Source: Scenedesmus sp. PABB004
Lineage: Eukaryota
Length of the DNA stretch: 64,000 nucleotides
Assembly (NCBI GenBank): GCA_014905635.1
Contig: CM026547.1
Span: 4,154,001 to 4,218,000 of the forward strand
Reading direction: 5' to 3'
Part shown: piece by piece, positions 50,580 to 60,858 of the stretch
How the letters are laid out: every line of letters starts with the position of its first letter
How positions within the stretch are numbered: the first letter of the stretch is position 1
Position numbers and translations under genes: made by a program
Notes under the pieces: generated by a model
The model's database searches: none
Seen by the model: only the letters and a program-made list of their open reading frames with translations
Told to the model about the DNA's origin: nothing

Positions 50580-51587
50580 TCAAAGCGACCCCTCAACTTG
50601 CGCACGCGCACGCACGCTCGCCTCGCTCGCTCCCGCCTCGCCGCCGCGCGCCCCTGCGTGTGCGTGTGCGTGTGCGTGTGCGTGTGCGTGTGCGTGTGCG
50701 TGTGCGTGTGCGTGTGCGTGTGCGTGTGCGTGTGCGTGTGCGTGTGCGTGTGCGTGTGCGTGTGCGTGTGCGTGTGCGTGTGCGTGTGCGTGTGCGTGTG
50801 CGTCAGCGCCTGCGCCTGCGCCTGCGCCTGCGCCCGCCTCTGCCGCCGCCTCTGCGTATGCCGCGTCTGCTGCCGCGCCTGCTGCCTCGCCCGCTGCCGC
50901 GCCGCCCCCCGCGCCCGCCCCGCCGCGCTCCGGCGGCGCGCGCGGCGTGAAGGGCACGCAGCGACACACGAGGCGCTTGAGGTGGAACGCCTTGACCACA
51001 AACACGCGCGGCGCAAACACGCGCTCGTACTTGCCCAGCAGCGCCGCGACGTCGCCGACGGCGCGGCTGCCGGATACGTCAAGGAACACCACGTCCACGC
51101 GCGCGCCGCCCGCGGCGCCGACGCGCTGCCGCACCGCCGCGAGGTCAAAGGCATCCAGGCAGGCGAACGCGAGGTTGGGCAGCGCGCCGCCGTGCCGCGC
51201 GACCGCCTTGGCGATCTGGCCCGGGCTCTTGTCCACGCCGATCGCCTGCCGGGCGGGGCGCAGCCAACGGCGGCAGCGGCGCCGTGGGCCTCGCCGCCGC
51301 CGTCTTGCCGCGCCGCGCCGCGCCGCGCCGTGGGCCGCGCGCTGCCTGGCGCACGACCTTGTCGGGGTCGACAGCCCGCACGCGCGCGCCGTCCGTGAGC
51401 AGCGCCTGCGCACCAGCTTGGCGCGCTTGGCGAGCGCCGCGGTGGTGAGGCCCTCCGCGCAGCCGACCTCGAGCACCACGTCGTCGCGCGTGACAAACTC
51501 TGGCACTGCACGGCGGTACTCGACCACGTTCTCGGTCACCACGATCGGCGCGCCGCCCATCCGGTGCCAGTGCGCCGCGCTGACCAT
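50580..51587 (-). CDS. Small class I SAM-dependent methyltransferase-like protein with (His-Ala)n tail, two exons
   Basis: Motif I VVLEVGCAEGLTT, post-I AIGVDKS, CLDAFD, VDVVFLDVSG. Frame stays open through the microsatellite to the stop at 50580. Confidence 0.75.
   Translation of the reverse strand: MVSAAHWHRMGGAPIVVTENVVEYRRAVPEFVTRDDVVLEVGCAEGLTTAALAKRAKLVRRRCSRTARACGLSTPTRSCARQRAAHGAARRGAARRRRRGPRRRCRRWLRPARQAIGVDKSPGQIAKAVARHGGALPNLAFACLDAFDLAAVRQRVGAAGGARVDVVFLDVSGSRAVGDVAALLGKYERVFAPRVFVVKAFHLKRLVCRCVPFTPRAPPERGGAGAGGGAAAGEAAGAAADAAYAEAAAEAGAGAGAGAGADAHAHAHAHAHAHAHAHAHAHAHAHAHAHAHAHAHAHAHAHAHAHAHAHAGARGGEAGASEASVRARAQVEGSL
50655..50803. repeat. (TGCGTG)n hexanucleotide microsatellite, about 24-25 units
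   Basis: Directly visible perfect run. Confidence 0.97.
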
Positions 51588-51832
51588 CGCGGCGGTGGAA
51601 GCAGGCGTGCGGCGTGCGGGGGCCAGCCCTGATCGGAACAGCGGGCGCGGGAGTGGCGCAGGGGCGGGGCGGCGGCGGCTGCGGTCATCGCACGGGCAGG
51701 CGGACGGGCGGGCAGCAGCGGTTGCGGTTGAAGCCGCCGCGCGAGCGAACGCACTGCCGCCGCCGCCGCCCGGCCGGCCCAGACCCGCGTTGCGCGCGTG
51801 CCAGCGCGATCCCGGGCAGCGAGGCAGCAGCC

Positions 51833-54800
51833 ATGAGGGCGTGCGGCGCGCTGCTGCTGCTGGGCTGCCTGCTGCTCGGCGGCGCCGCCGCGCAGGCGGA
51901 CTGGGCGGTGGACAGCGCCAGCCGCAGGGTGAGGCGGCGGCAGCGCTGTCGGGCCCACGGGGCCGATCCCGGGCGCGCGCGCTGACGGGATCGGGCGCCC
52001 CCCGCAGATCAATCTCAAAAGCGCGTGGGCCAAGGTCGTGGACACCGTGAAGCTCACCAACAAGGGCAAGGGCGCGGCCGGCGAGTTCGTGGCCTGCTAC
52101 CCCGAGGCGCTGGGCGCGCGCATCGCGCTGCTCAAGGTGGGCGGGGCGGTTGATGATGATGGGCCGTGCAGCAGCAGGCCCCCCGCGCCAGCACTCGTCC
52201 CCGCGCCGCCGCGGCGGCCGGGCGTGCATGGCGCCGCGATCCCCCGGCGCCCCTCCCGACAGGTACTGGTGAAGAAGGAGCGGCAGGAGGTCGCAGCGGT
52301 CGCGCCGCCCGCGGGCGCGCCGCCGGGCGTCAGTTGCTTCGCAGCGGCGCTCAAGGCGCCGGTGAAGAAGGGCGGCTCGGTGGAGCTGGACGTGGTGGCC
52401 ACCATCACCGGCGTCTTCTCGCCCAACCCCGCCAAGATCGCGCAGGGCGAGACGCAGTACGTCGAGTACCGCGACAACGCCTTCCTGCTCTCGCCCTACA
52501 CCGTCGCGGAGCAGACCACCGTCGTGCGTGCCCGCGCCGCGCGCCGCGCCGCGCCGCGCGCCGGGCGGGCAGGGGCCAGCGGCGCCGGCGCGGCGGCCGC
52601 GGCGGCAGCGGCCGGCGAGCCCACGCCGCGCCGCGCCGCGCCGCGCCGCGCCGCGCCGCGCGCAGGTGCTGCTGCCGACGTCCGACGTCAAGTCGTTCGC
52701 GCCGAGCGAGGATGCGAGCAAGGGCGGCAGCAAGGTGACGTTTGGCAAGTTTGGCAAGCAGGGGCCGTGGGCGGTGAAGGAGCTCAAGGTCCACTTTGCC
52801 CACGACCGCCCGTTCAAGCGGGTGCGGCGGCGGCGGCTGCAGCCGGGCGGGCCAGCAGGCGGCGCCGCCGGCGGCGGCGTGGGCGGCGGCCGACGCCGCG
52901 CGTTGCCGCTGCCGCTGCGCCGCGTGCGTGCGCCAGATCAACTCGCTGGTGCGTGAGATTGAGGTCTCCCACTGGGGCAACATCTACGTGGAGGAGGTGT
53001 ATGAGATTGTGAGTGCCCAGCCCCTGCCGCGGCGCCGCGGCGGGGGCTGCAGCTGCAGCCCTGGGCGCGCGGCGCGGCGGCCGCGCCCGGCGGCGCGCGC
53101 GGCGGCGTCACGCGCGCCGCGCCGCGCCACGCAGCAAAACGCGGGCGCGGAGCACACCGGCAAGTTCTCGCGCCTCAACTACGCGCACTCGCCCAACGGC
53201 AAGGGCAACTCCTTCCCGGTGCGCCGCCTGAGCAGCGGGCGCGGCAGGCGCCCGCTCCCCCCGCGTGCCCGCGCCCGCGCCGCGCCCGCCGACGCGCGCG
53301 CCCGCGCCTGCGCCCGCCGCCGCCTGGCTGGGCCGCAGGACGTCGTCGCGCGGCTGCCCGGCCCCGCGCACAGCCTCTACTACAAGGACATCATCGGCAA
53401 CATCAGCAGCAGCGACACCACGCACTCGCCCAGCGAGGCGAGGCGCCGCGCCGCTGCCCGGCGCCGCGGCGGCCGCCGCAGCCGACCGCGGGCGGCGACC
53501 GCCGCCGCTGTTTGACGCCCGCCGGCGCCGCCGCCGCGCCGCCGCCGCGCCGCCGCCGCTGCAGACGAGCATCGAGATCCGGCTGCGCTACCCGCTGATG
53601 GGCGGCTGGAAGACCGACTTTACGCTTGGTGCGCGCCGCCGCCGCGCCCGCGCCCCACGCGCCGCGCCCCACGCGCCGCGCCTGCCGCGCGCCACGCCCA
53701 AGCGCGCGCCGCCCACGACGCCCTGCGCCGCCGCGCCCCCTCTAAACCCCGCAGGCTACAGCCTGCCGCTCGAGGGCTTCCTGTACCGCCGGCCCAAGGG
53801 CAAGCTCCGGCTGCTCATGGACTTCAGCACCTCCTTTGACGACGTCTGGGTCGAGCGCCTCACCACGCGCGTGGTGCTGCCGGAGGGCGCGAAGAACATC
53901 AAGCCCACGGTGCGCCCGCGGCGGCGGCGGCGGCGGCCCCGGCCGGCTGCCCGGCGCCCGCTCACTCCCCGCGCCCGCCGCGCCCGCCGCGCGCGCCCCC
54001 GCCCACCGCGCTCGCGCGCCGCGCGCCGCAGCTGCCGTTTGACGGCGTGGAGCAGGGCTGGGACAAGAAGTTCACCTACCTCGACACCGCGGGCCGCCCC
54101 ACGCTCGTGCTGACCAAGGCCAACGTCGTGCCAGAGCACAACAAGCCCTTTGCCGTCGACTACGCGTTCACGTTTGGCGCGATGATGCGCGAGCCGCTCC
54201 TCCTCATCTCCGGTGCGGCGGCGCGACCCGCCGCGCGCGGCGTCGCCGCCGCCGCCTGGGCCGCCGTGGCGCGCTCTGCTGCTCCCGCACGCGCCGCCTC
54301 ACTGCTGCTGCCCTGCGACTCGCCCCTGCCGCCCGCACGCGCCCGCGCGCACCGCCGCCAGTGTTTGCCGCGTTCTTCGCCGCCGTGTCGCTGTACAACC
54401 GCCTCGACTTCACCATCACCAAGGACGAGCGCTGGCTGGAGGGCCAGGCCCGCGACCGCGCGCTCGGCGTGCTGCAGCAGCTCGCCGCGCTCTGGGACGG
54501 TGCGGCGCCGCCGCGACGCGCGCGCGCCGCCGCCCGGCGCCGCGCCCACCTCCCTGCGCCGCCCGCCGCCCGCCGGCCCGCCCGCGCGCGCTGCGCGGCG
54601 CAGAGGAGGCCGAGCTGGTGGACAAGGTGGTGGGGCTCGCGCACTCGATCAGCGACGCAGCAAGCGCCGAGGCGGCGCACGTGGCCAAGGCGGGGTACGA
54701 GGCAAAGATCAAGGACGTGGAGGGCCAGGTGGGCGCCGCGCGACGCGCGCACACGGCGCCCGGGCGCGGGCGGCAGCGGAGGGCGGGGCGGGAGGGAGGC

Positions 54801-55248
54801 GAGGCGCGGCTGGGCGCGCGAGAGGGCGGGGGCGGCCGCTGCGGCGGCGGCGCGCGCGCGCGGGCGCGGTTGACGCGCGCGCCGCCCGCGCCGCGGCCCA
54901 GGCCAAGGCGCTGCTGCGCCAGCTGGAGGACGTGTCGGCCAAGAGCGCCGCCGCGGCGCGCGACCACGCGGACAAGAGCAAGGCGCTGCTGCAGCGCGCC
55001 GCCAAGCTGGTGCGCGCCGCGCCGCGCCCGTCGCTGCCGCCGCGTCCAACGCCGCCCGCGCTGACGCGCTGCCGCCGCACCCGCCGCCGCGCGGCGCGGC
55101 CCGCCGCCAGCTGGGCGACAAGTCGGACCTGGTCAAGCGCGGCACCGCGGCGCACGAGGCGTCGGGCAAGGTCGCGCCCGCGACGAAGCAGCTGCTGGAC
55201 GCGACGCGCGACTGGGTCACCGAGGGCGCGCGCATGGCGCAGGGCTGA
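51833..55248 (+). CDS. RPN1: Oligosaccharyltransferase subunit ribophorin I, multi-exon
   Basis: Signal peptide, PAKIAQGETQYV, LSPYTV, LVREIEVSHWGNIYVEE, YYKDIIGNISSS, RYPLMGGWKTDFTLGY, VVLPEGA, TYLDTAGRP, REPLL plus TM helix. Confidence 0.95.
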
Positions 55249-55715
55249 GCGGGGCGGGAGGGAGGGCGGGAGGGGGGGGGGGCGGCGCGCCGCAGCTGGC
55301 GGGCGCCGCGGGGGCTCGCGGGGGTGTCGTGGCGAGCGGGTGATCGCCGGGGGTGCGCGACGGGGGTCTCGGACCGCGGCTGCGTCACGGGCGCGGGTAA
55401 CGTGCGCACCACCACACCGGCGAGCGGCCCGCTCGCCGTCCCGCGGCTCGCTCGGGGGAGCGGCGGTGGCCGCGCGCGTGGCGGCCGGGCCCGCGCACCC
55501 CCGCACGGCAGCCGCTGCGGCGCGGGGTGCGGCGTTTTGGGTGGCCCGGCGCCCTCTTGGGGTGCTCGCCGCGACTTTATCGGCGTGCCAGGTCGCGGTC
55601 CAGGTTTTGGCAACAGCCGCCGCCGCCGCCGCCGCCCTTGGCAACAGCCGCCCCGCGCCCCGGGGTCCCACTCTCCAAACTCACCCGCCCTCGGCGCGCG
55701 TCTCCAGGCGGCGGC

Positions 55716-56201
55716 ATGGGCTGGTACGAGCTGCTGGCGCTGGCGCGGCCGACGCTGGGGCGGCCGGAGCTCGCGCAGCTCATGGGCCGCGTGGGCGAGC
55801 TCGTGGCGGCGCGGGGCGGCGTGGTGACGGACGTGGCGTCCTACGGCGAGCAGGCGCTGGCCTACCGCATCCGGGGCGTGGCGGGCAAGTTCGACAAGGT
55901 GCGGCGCTGATCTTGGCGCCGCCCCGGCCAATCCGGCGCCCGCCGCGCGGCGCCGAGGGCGCCCCCGAACCGCCCGCCGTTCTCCCCGCAGGCACACATC
56001 GTGCAGCTCGACTTTGCGGTCTCCCCCGCGGCGCTGCAGGACATTGCGATGGAGATGCGCGTGAACGAGGACGTCCTGCGCTGGGTGGTCAAGCGCCGCG
56101 CCCTGCCGACGCTCCCCCAGCCGCGCACCATGTTCCACAAGCTCGCGGACCGCACCGACCTGCTGCGCCCGCGCCGGCCGGGCGCCGCCGACGCGCGCTG
56201 A
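55716..56201 (+). CDS. rps6: Bacterial-type ribosomal protein bS6, probably mitochondrial; intron 55899-55991
   Basis: MGWYELLALARP, GGVVTDVASYGEQALAYRI, HIVQLDF, MRVNEDVLRW. Confidence 0.85.
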
Positions 56202-56398
56202 CGGCGGCGGCGGCCGCCGCCCCTCGACTCCGGCACCCAGCCCCACCCCCCAAGCACCACGCCGCTGCGACACGCGGAGCGCAGCCCCATCCAGCAGGTG
56301 AGGCGCGGCCGGCGGGCGCGCGGGCGCGTGGGCGCCGCCGCCCGCAGCTGTTGCGACGTGGTGCGTGTCGTGTGTCGCGCCGCGCGCCGCTCGCCACT

Positions 56399-56489
56399 GC
56401 TGTGAGGGATGCCAAAAACTGTTATCCCTGTCCGAAGCCACCATAGGCCGGTGGAAGGTGTGGACAGAATTAGCTCTATCTGACACAGC
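56399..56489 (+). ncRNA. Box C/D snoRNA 1, dual guide (snR38-like D' plus U44-like D)
   Basis: Terminal stem GCTGTG/CACAGC. Variant C box GGGATGC. GTTATCCCTGT-CCGA is antisense to LSU ACAGGGAUAAC. ATTAGCTCTA-t-CTGA is antisense to SSU UAGAGCUAAU. Confidence 0.85.
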
Positions 56490-56555
56490 CAGGCTTGCGG
56501 CGCGTGCGCGTGCGCGTGTGTGCGTGTGCGCGCTTGGGAGTGTCGCGCGCGCGGC

Positions 56556-56667
56556 CCCGGCGCGCGCTGGCTGATGATTGGAACTTCAAGCTCAACAGAT
56601 CTGCAGGCCGCCCACTCCGTGGGCGGCGGTGCTGACCCTTCTCCGCTGTGCTGACAGCCGCGCCGGG
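56556..56667 (+). ncRNA. Box C/D snoRNA 2, LSU guides
   Basis: 13-bp bulged terminal stem. C box CTGATGA 56571-56577. TCAAGCTCAACAG is antisense to LSU CUGUUGAGCUUGA. D' CTGC, 9-bp internal hairpin, C' GTGCTGA, TTCTCCGCTG antisense to CAGCGGGGAA (one G-U), D CTGA 56651-56654. Confidence 0.85.
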
Positions 56668-56720
56668 CGCGCACGCGCGTGTGGACGTTGGCGTGTGCTG
56701 TCTGCGCCGCGCACGGCGGC

Positions 56721-56800
56721 GGGGCGTGGAGGAGGACAGACACTCAAAATTCGGATTCCCTCTGACCTCCAGATGAGCAACGAGACGCCTGACACGCCCC
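56721..56800 (+). ncRNA. Box C/D snoRNA 3
   Basis: 8-bp terminal stem GGGGCGTG/CACGCCCC. Variant C box AGGAGGA. TCGGATTCCCT-CTGA is antisense to LSU GGGGAAUCCGA. C' CAGATGA, D CTGA 56789-56792. Confidence 0.8.
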
Positions 56801-57076
56801 CTGCCTGCCGCCCCGCCCGCAGGTGCTGCGACGCCCACCCGCCCCCGCTGGTCGCTGCGACACGCGGCCCGGCACGCGTGCCCGCGGGCGGCCTCGTCGG
56901 TGCTGGCACAGCCGCTGCGACACGCGGCGGCGTTGCTAGCGGTGCGTGTTGCGACAAAAAACGTCGGCACCACGCGTGTTGCATCCCTGAGACCTGAGAC
57001 GGGCCGCCGCAGCATGCGCCGCCGGCCCTGCAGGCCTCGCGCGGCCCTCGCCACGACGCGCCACGACGCCCGCGCG

Positions 57077-58055
57077 TCAGTGGCAGCCGCAGCCCCCGCC
57101 GCCGCCGCCGCAGCCGCCGCCACCACCGCCGCCGCCGGCCGCGCGCTGCGCCTGCTGGGCCGCCCACGCCGCCATGCCGCCGGCCACGTTGCTCACGGCG
57201 CGGAAGCCAAACACGCGGCTCAGCCGCACCGTCGCCTGCGCGGAGCGCTGCCCGCCCGCGCACACCACGGCGACGTGGCCGTCGATGTACGCATCGAGCC
57301 GCCCCGCACGCACCGCGTCAGAGAGCGTGTCGAGCGGGATGTTCACCGCGCCGGGGATGGCCGGGCCTGCGCGCGGCGACGTGGACGCGGGCGTGGACGC
57401 AGGGGCACGCGCGCGCGCGCGGCGGAGCTTGGCGCGCCGCCGCTGCGCCGCCGCTGCGCCGCCGCTGCGGCCGCCGCGCGCGCGCGCGCGCCGTGCGCCA
57501 CGCTTCAGGCCGCCCCGCACCGGCGTCAAACTCTGCCGCGCTGCGCACGTCGAGCACCAGGTCAACGAGCCCGCCCGCCGTGAGCGCGACGTCGAGCTCC
57601 GCGGCGCTGACCTCGCGGAAGCCCTGCTCCGCCTCGTACGCGCTCGCGACCGCCGCGACGCCGGCGAGCGGGTCGGGCGAGAGCAGCGCGGGCGCCTCGG
57701 CCGCCAGCTCCGCGGCCGTCATAGGGCCGCCGCGGAAACGGGCCTCGTGCTGCCAGACCGGCTCGTCGGCGTCGTCGTCGGTGAAAATGAAGCTGCCGTC
57801 CGCGTTGGCCTCGCGCGCCTGCGCCAGCAGCTCTGCAAAGTCGAGTACGCGCTCCTCGCCGCCGGTGGGCAGCGCTGCGGCCGAGAGGTCGAGCGCGCCG
57901 CTGCTGCCCGGCTCGGCGGCGCCGGCGGCGCGCGGCGGGGGCGCATGCGGCCGCCGGAGGCGCGGCGACGCAAAGTTCGCCGTCAGTCGGCTGCGGGGCG
58001 CGCTGGCGGGGGAGCGCAGCGCGCCCCGGGGCGCGGCCGCGAGGGCCGGCGGCAT
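57077..58055 (-). CDS. Single-domain rhodanese with plastid-like transit peptide and Gly/Cys/His tail, two exons
   Basis: LVLDVRSAAEF, IPGAVNIPL, active loop CAGGQRS, VAGGMAAW. Ends GGCGGGGGGCGCH. Confidence 0.85.
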
Positions 58056-58273
58056 GTCGGCACTGCTGCTGCTGAGCGAGGGCCGCGGCTGGCGAATCCG
58101 ACCGCTCCTTAAGCGCTCGGTACTGGCGGTGGCCAAACGCGCCGAGCGGCAGGGCGTTTGCTGCAGGTCCTGCGGCGGCGCAGGTCTCACTGCCGGCGGC
58201 GCAAGCGTTGCCGCGCGAGGCTGCCTTCCCGTGCCTGCCAGCGCATCCGCTCTCCCCGCCACGCCAGCGGCGC

Positions 58274-60451
58274 TCAGCCATCCTCTTCGGCGTCGTCAAA
58301 GTCGTCGTGCCAGCCGCCGCCCTCGCCCGCGAGCGCGGCGTCGAGCATCGAGTCGAGCGCCAGGTCCATCACGTCGCCCTCCTCGTCCTCGTCCTCGTCC
58401 TCCCCCTCGTCGCCGCCGCCGCGGCGCTTGGCGCGCTTGGCGGCGGCGCGCGCGGCGGCGGTGACCTGCGCCCAGTCGATGCCGTCGCCCTCGTCCTCCT
58501 CGCCGTCGGACGACGACGGAGCCGCGGCGCCCGCCGGCGTGTCCGCCGCGCCGCCGCCGCCGCCGCCGCCGGCCTTGCCGCGCGCCGCCTGCTTGCTGCG
58601 GCCCTTGGCCTGCTGCGGCTTGGCCGCCGCCGCCGCCGGCCCCGCCTTGGCCGCCTTGGCCGCCTTGGCCGCCTTGGCCGCCTTGGCTGCCTTGCCCCCA
58701 GCCGCCGGCTGCGGCTGTGCCGGCACGGGCGCCGCCGCGCCGCCGGCGGCCTTCCGCCGCTTCCTGCTGCCGCCCGCCGCGCCCGCGCCTGCGTCCGCCG
58801 CGTCCGCGACCACCGCGGCGCCCGCCCCGCCCCTGCCGGCCCTGGGCGCGGCCGCTGCCGCCTGCTTGCCCGCTGGCGCGCCGCCGGCGGTGGCCTCCTT
58901 GGACGCCGCCACAAACTCGCGCCGCACCTGCGGCCGGGCGCGGCGCGGTCGGCCGGCGCCGGCGCGGGAGCGGGAGCGGTGCGGCGCCCTGCCGCCGCCG
59001 CACCTTGGCGGCGTAGCCGGCGTCAAAGTGCTCCGCCTGCGCCTGGAACGCCGCCCAGTACAGCGCCAGCTGCCTGTGGCGATGGCGGCGGCGATGCCGC
59101 GCGTCGCGCGCCGCGCGCCCGCGTCGCGCGCGCCGGGCGCTGTTGTCGTGGGGCCGCGCCGCGCCGCGCCGCGCCGCGCCGCGCTCACTTGGGGGGCGCG
59201 GGGAAGCGTTCGTGATAAATGATCATCTGCGCGCCCAGCAGCGCGAGGCGCAGCTCGAGCGGCGGGCTCGGCAGGTGGCTGCCGCGGCTGAGGTAGGGCA
59301 GCTCAAAGCCGTCGTCGGCGCAGCCCCACGACATCGACACGCGCGGCCCGCCCGCGCCGGGGCGGCCGCGCGAGCCCCAGTGGATGGTCCTGCGCGGCGC
59401 GCGGCGCGCGGCGTTCGGCAGCGTGGGCGGCGGCCGGCCGGCGCGCAGGCGCGGCGCGGCGCGCCGCACGGCGCGGCACCTGTGCGTGAAGATGACCGCC
59501 GCGCCGGGCTGCGCCGGCAGCGCCCGGATGTGCTGATACGCCTCCTTGTCCGGCAGGCAGGCGGTCAGCGGGTCGGGCGCCCCCTCGTCCTCCGGGTCGC
59601 CCTCAAAGTAGCCCGGGTCCGCAAACCTGGCAGACGCCGGCGGCAGACGTCGGCCGGCGCGGCGGCCGGCGGCGTTGGCCGCGCGGGCCGCGCGGCGCGG
59701 GGGCGGGGCGGCTGCCGGCGCCGGTGCCGGTGCGCACCGGGGTATGACATAGAGGCAGCTGTTCTCGGGCGTGGCCTGTGTGAGGGGCAGCCACAGCGTC
59801 GCGTACTTGGGCGTGCCGTCGGCGCGGAACGTCGCCGGCGCGTCGTCGGGCTGGCGGTCGCGGTGCGGCGAGAAGCCGGCGTCGCCGCGCGCGGGGTCGA
59901 CGTACCTGCGGCGCGCGGGCGCGCACGTGTGTACGCGCTGGCGCGTGGGCTCGGCGCCGCCGCCGCCGCCGCCGCCGCAGAGTGGCATTGTGCCGTGGCG
60001 CGGCGCGGGCGCGGCCGCGTGCCGCGCACCACGCGAGGATGTCGAAGTTGACGGCGTTGCCGCCGGTCACCGCGGCCATGAGCGGCCCCGCCTGCGCGAT
60101 CGCCGCCCAGGCCTCATCGTACAGCAGCAGCGCGCTCGCCGGCCAGCCGTGGCGCAGCAGCCGTGCGGCGCCGCGGGCGAGCGCGTCGAGGCTGCCCGCC
60201 GCCCACGCGAGCTCGCCCGGCGCCGCCTGCGCGACGCCGGCGTCGTCGACCTGGCGCCGCAGGTCGGCGACGCGCGCCGGCGGCAGCGCGAGCGGCGGCG
60301 CCGCCCCCACGGCGCCCGGCTCCGCGACGCGCAGCTCGGGCGCCAGCGCACGCCAGTAGTCCGGGTCGAGCGCCGCCGCCAGCTTCGTGCGCGCCGCGAC
60401 CAGGTCGGGGCGCTCCGGCGGGCCGTCCTGGGAGAGCAGCTCGGCCGCCAT
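58274..60451 (-). CDS. Fe(II)/2-oxoglutarate dioxygenase, PhyH-like, multi-exon
   Basis: GFSPHRD (HxD), TLWLPLTQATPENSCLYVIP, AQPGAAVIFTHRTIHWGS, RVSMSW. Lys/Ala-rich then acidic tail. Confidence 0.82.
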
Positions 60452-60858
60452 GCGCCGAGCGCGCCGCGCGACCGGCGGCGGCAGCAGCAGAGAGCGGCGG
60501 CAGCGGCGGCCGCGGCGGCGGCGGCGGCCGCAGCGGCGGCGGCGGCGGGGCGATGCCTGAGATGTCGGGGTGGTCTGCTGGAGCGATCGGGAGCGTCGTT
60601 TGCTCCCGGCGGCTCGAGCCGCCAGAAGCCCTCGCCGTCGCGACGGCCGCCCCGCCGGCCACCGGTCGCAGCCGCGCATCGCCCGCCGCGCCCGCCAGTC
60701 CCGCGCTCGCATCGCAGGCTCTCCCTCGGAAGCCGCCCCGGACTTCGACCGAGCCGTTGGCCGCTCAAAGCGGGCCCCGCTCTCCCGGGCCGCCCACGCG
60801 GCCCGGCCCTTGCTCGCCCTCAGCCCTCGCAGCTGCCACCGTCCGCCACAGCCGCAGC

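Noticed and set aside
50655..50803. Regular repeats as a possible CRISPR array (also 3095-3160 and 20775-20835)
   Set aside because: These are simple tandem microsatellites without spacers, there are no cas genes, and the context is eukaryotic.
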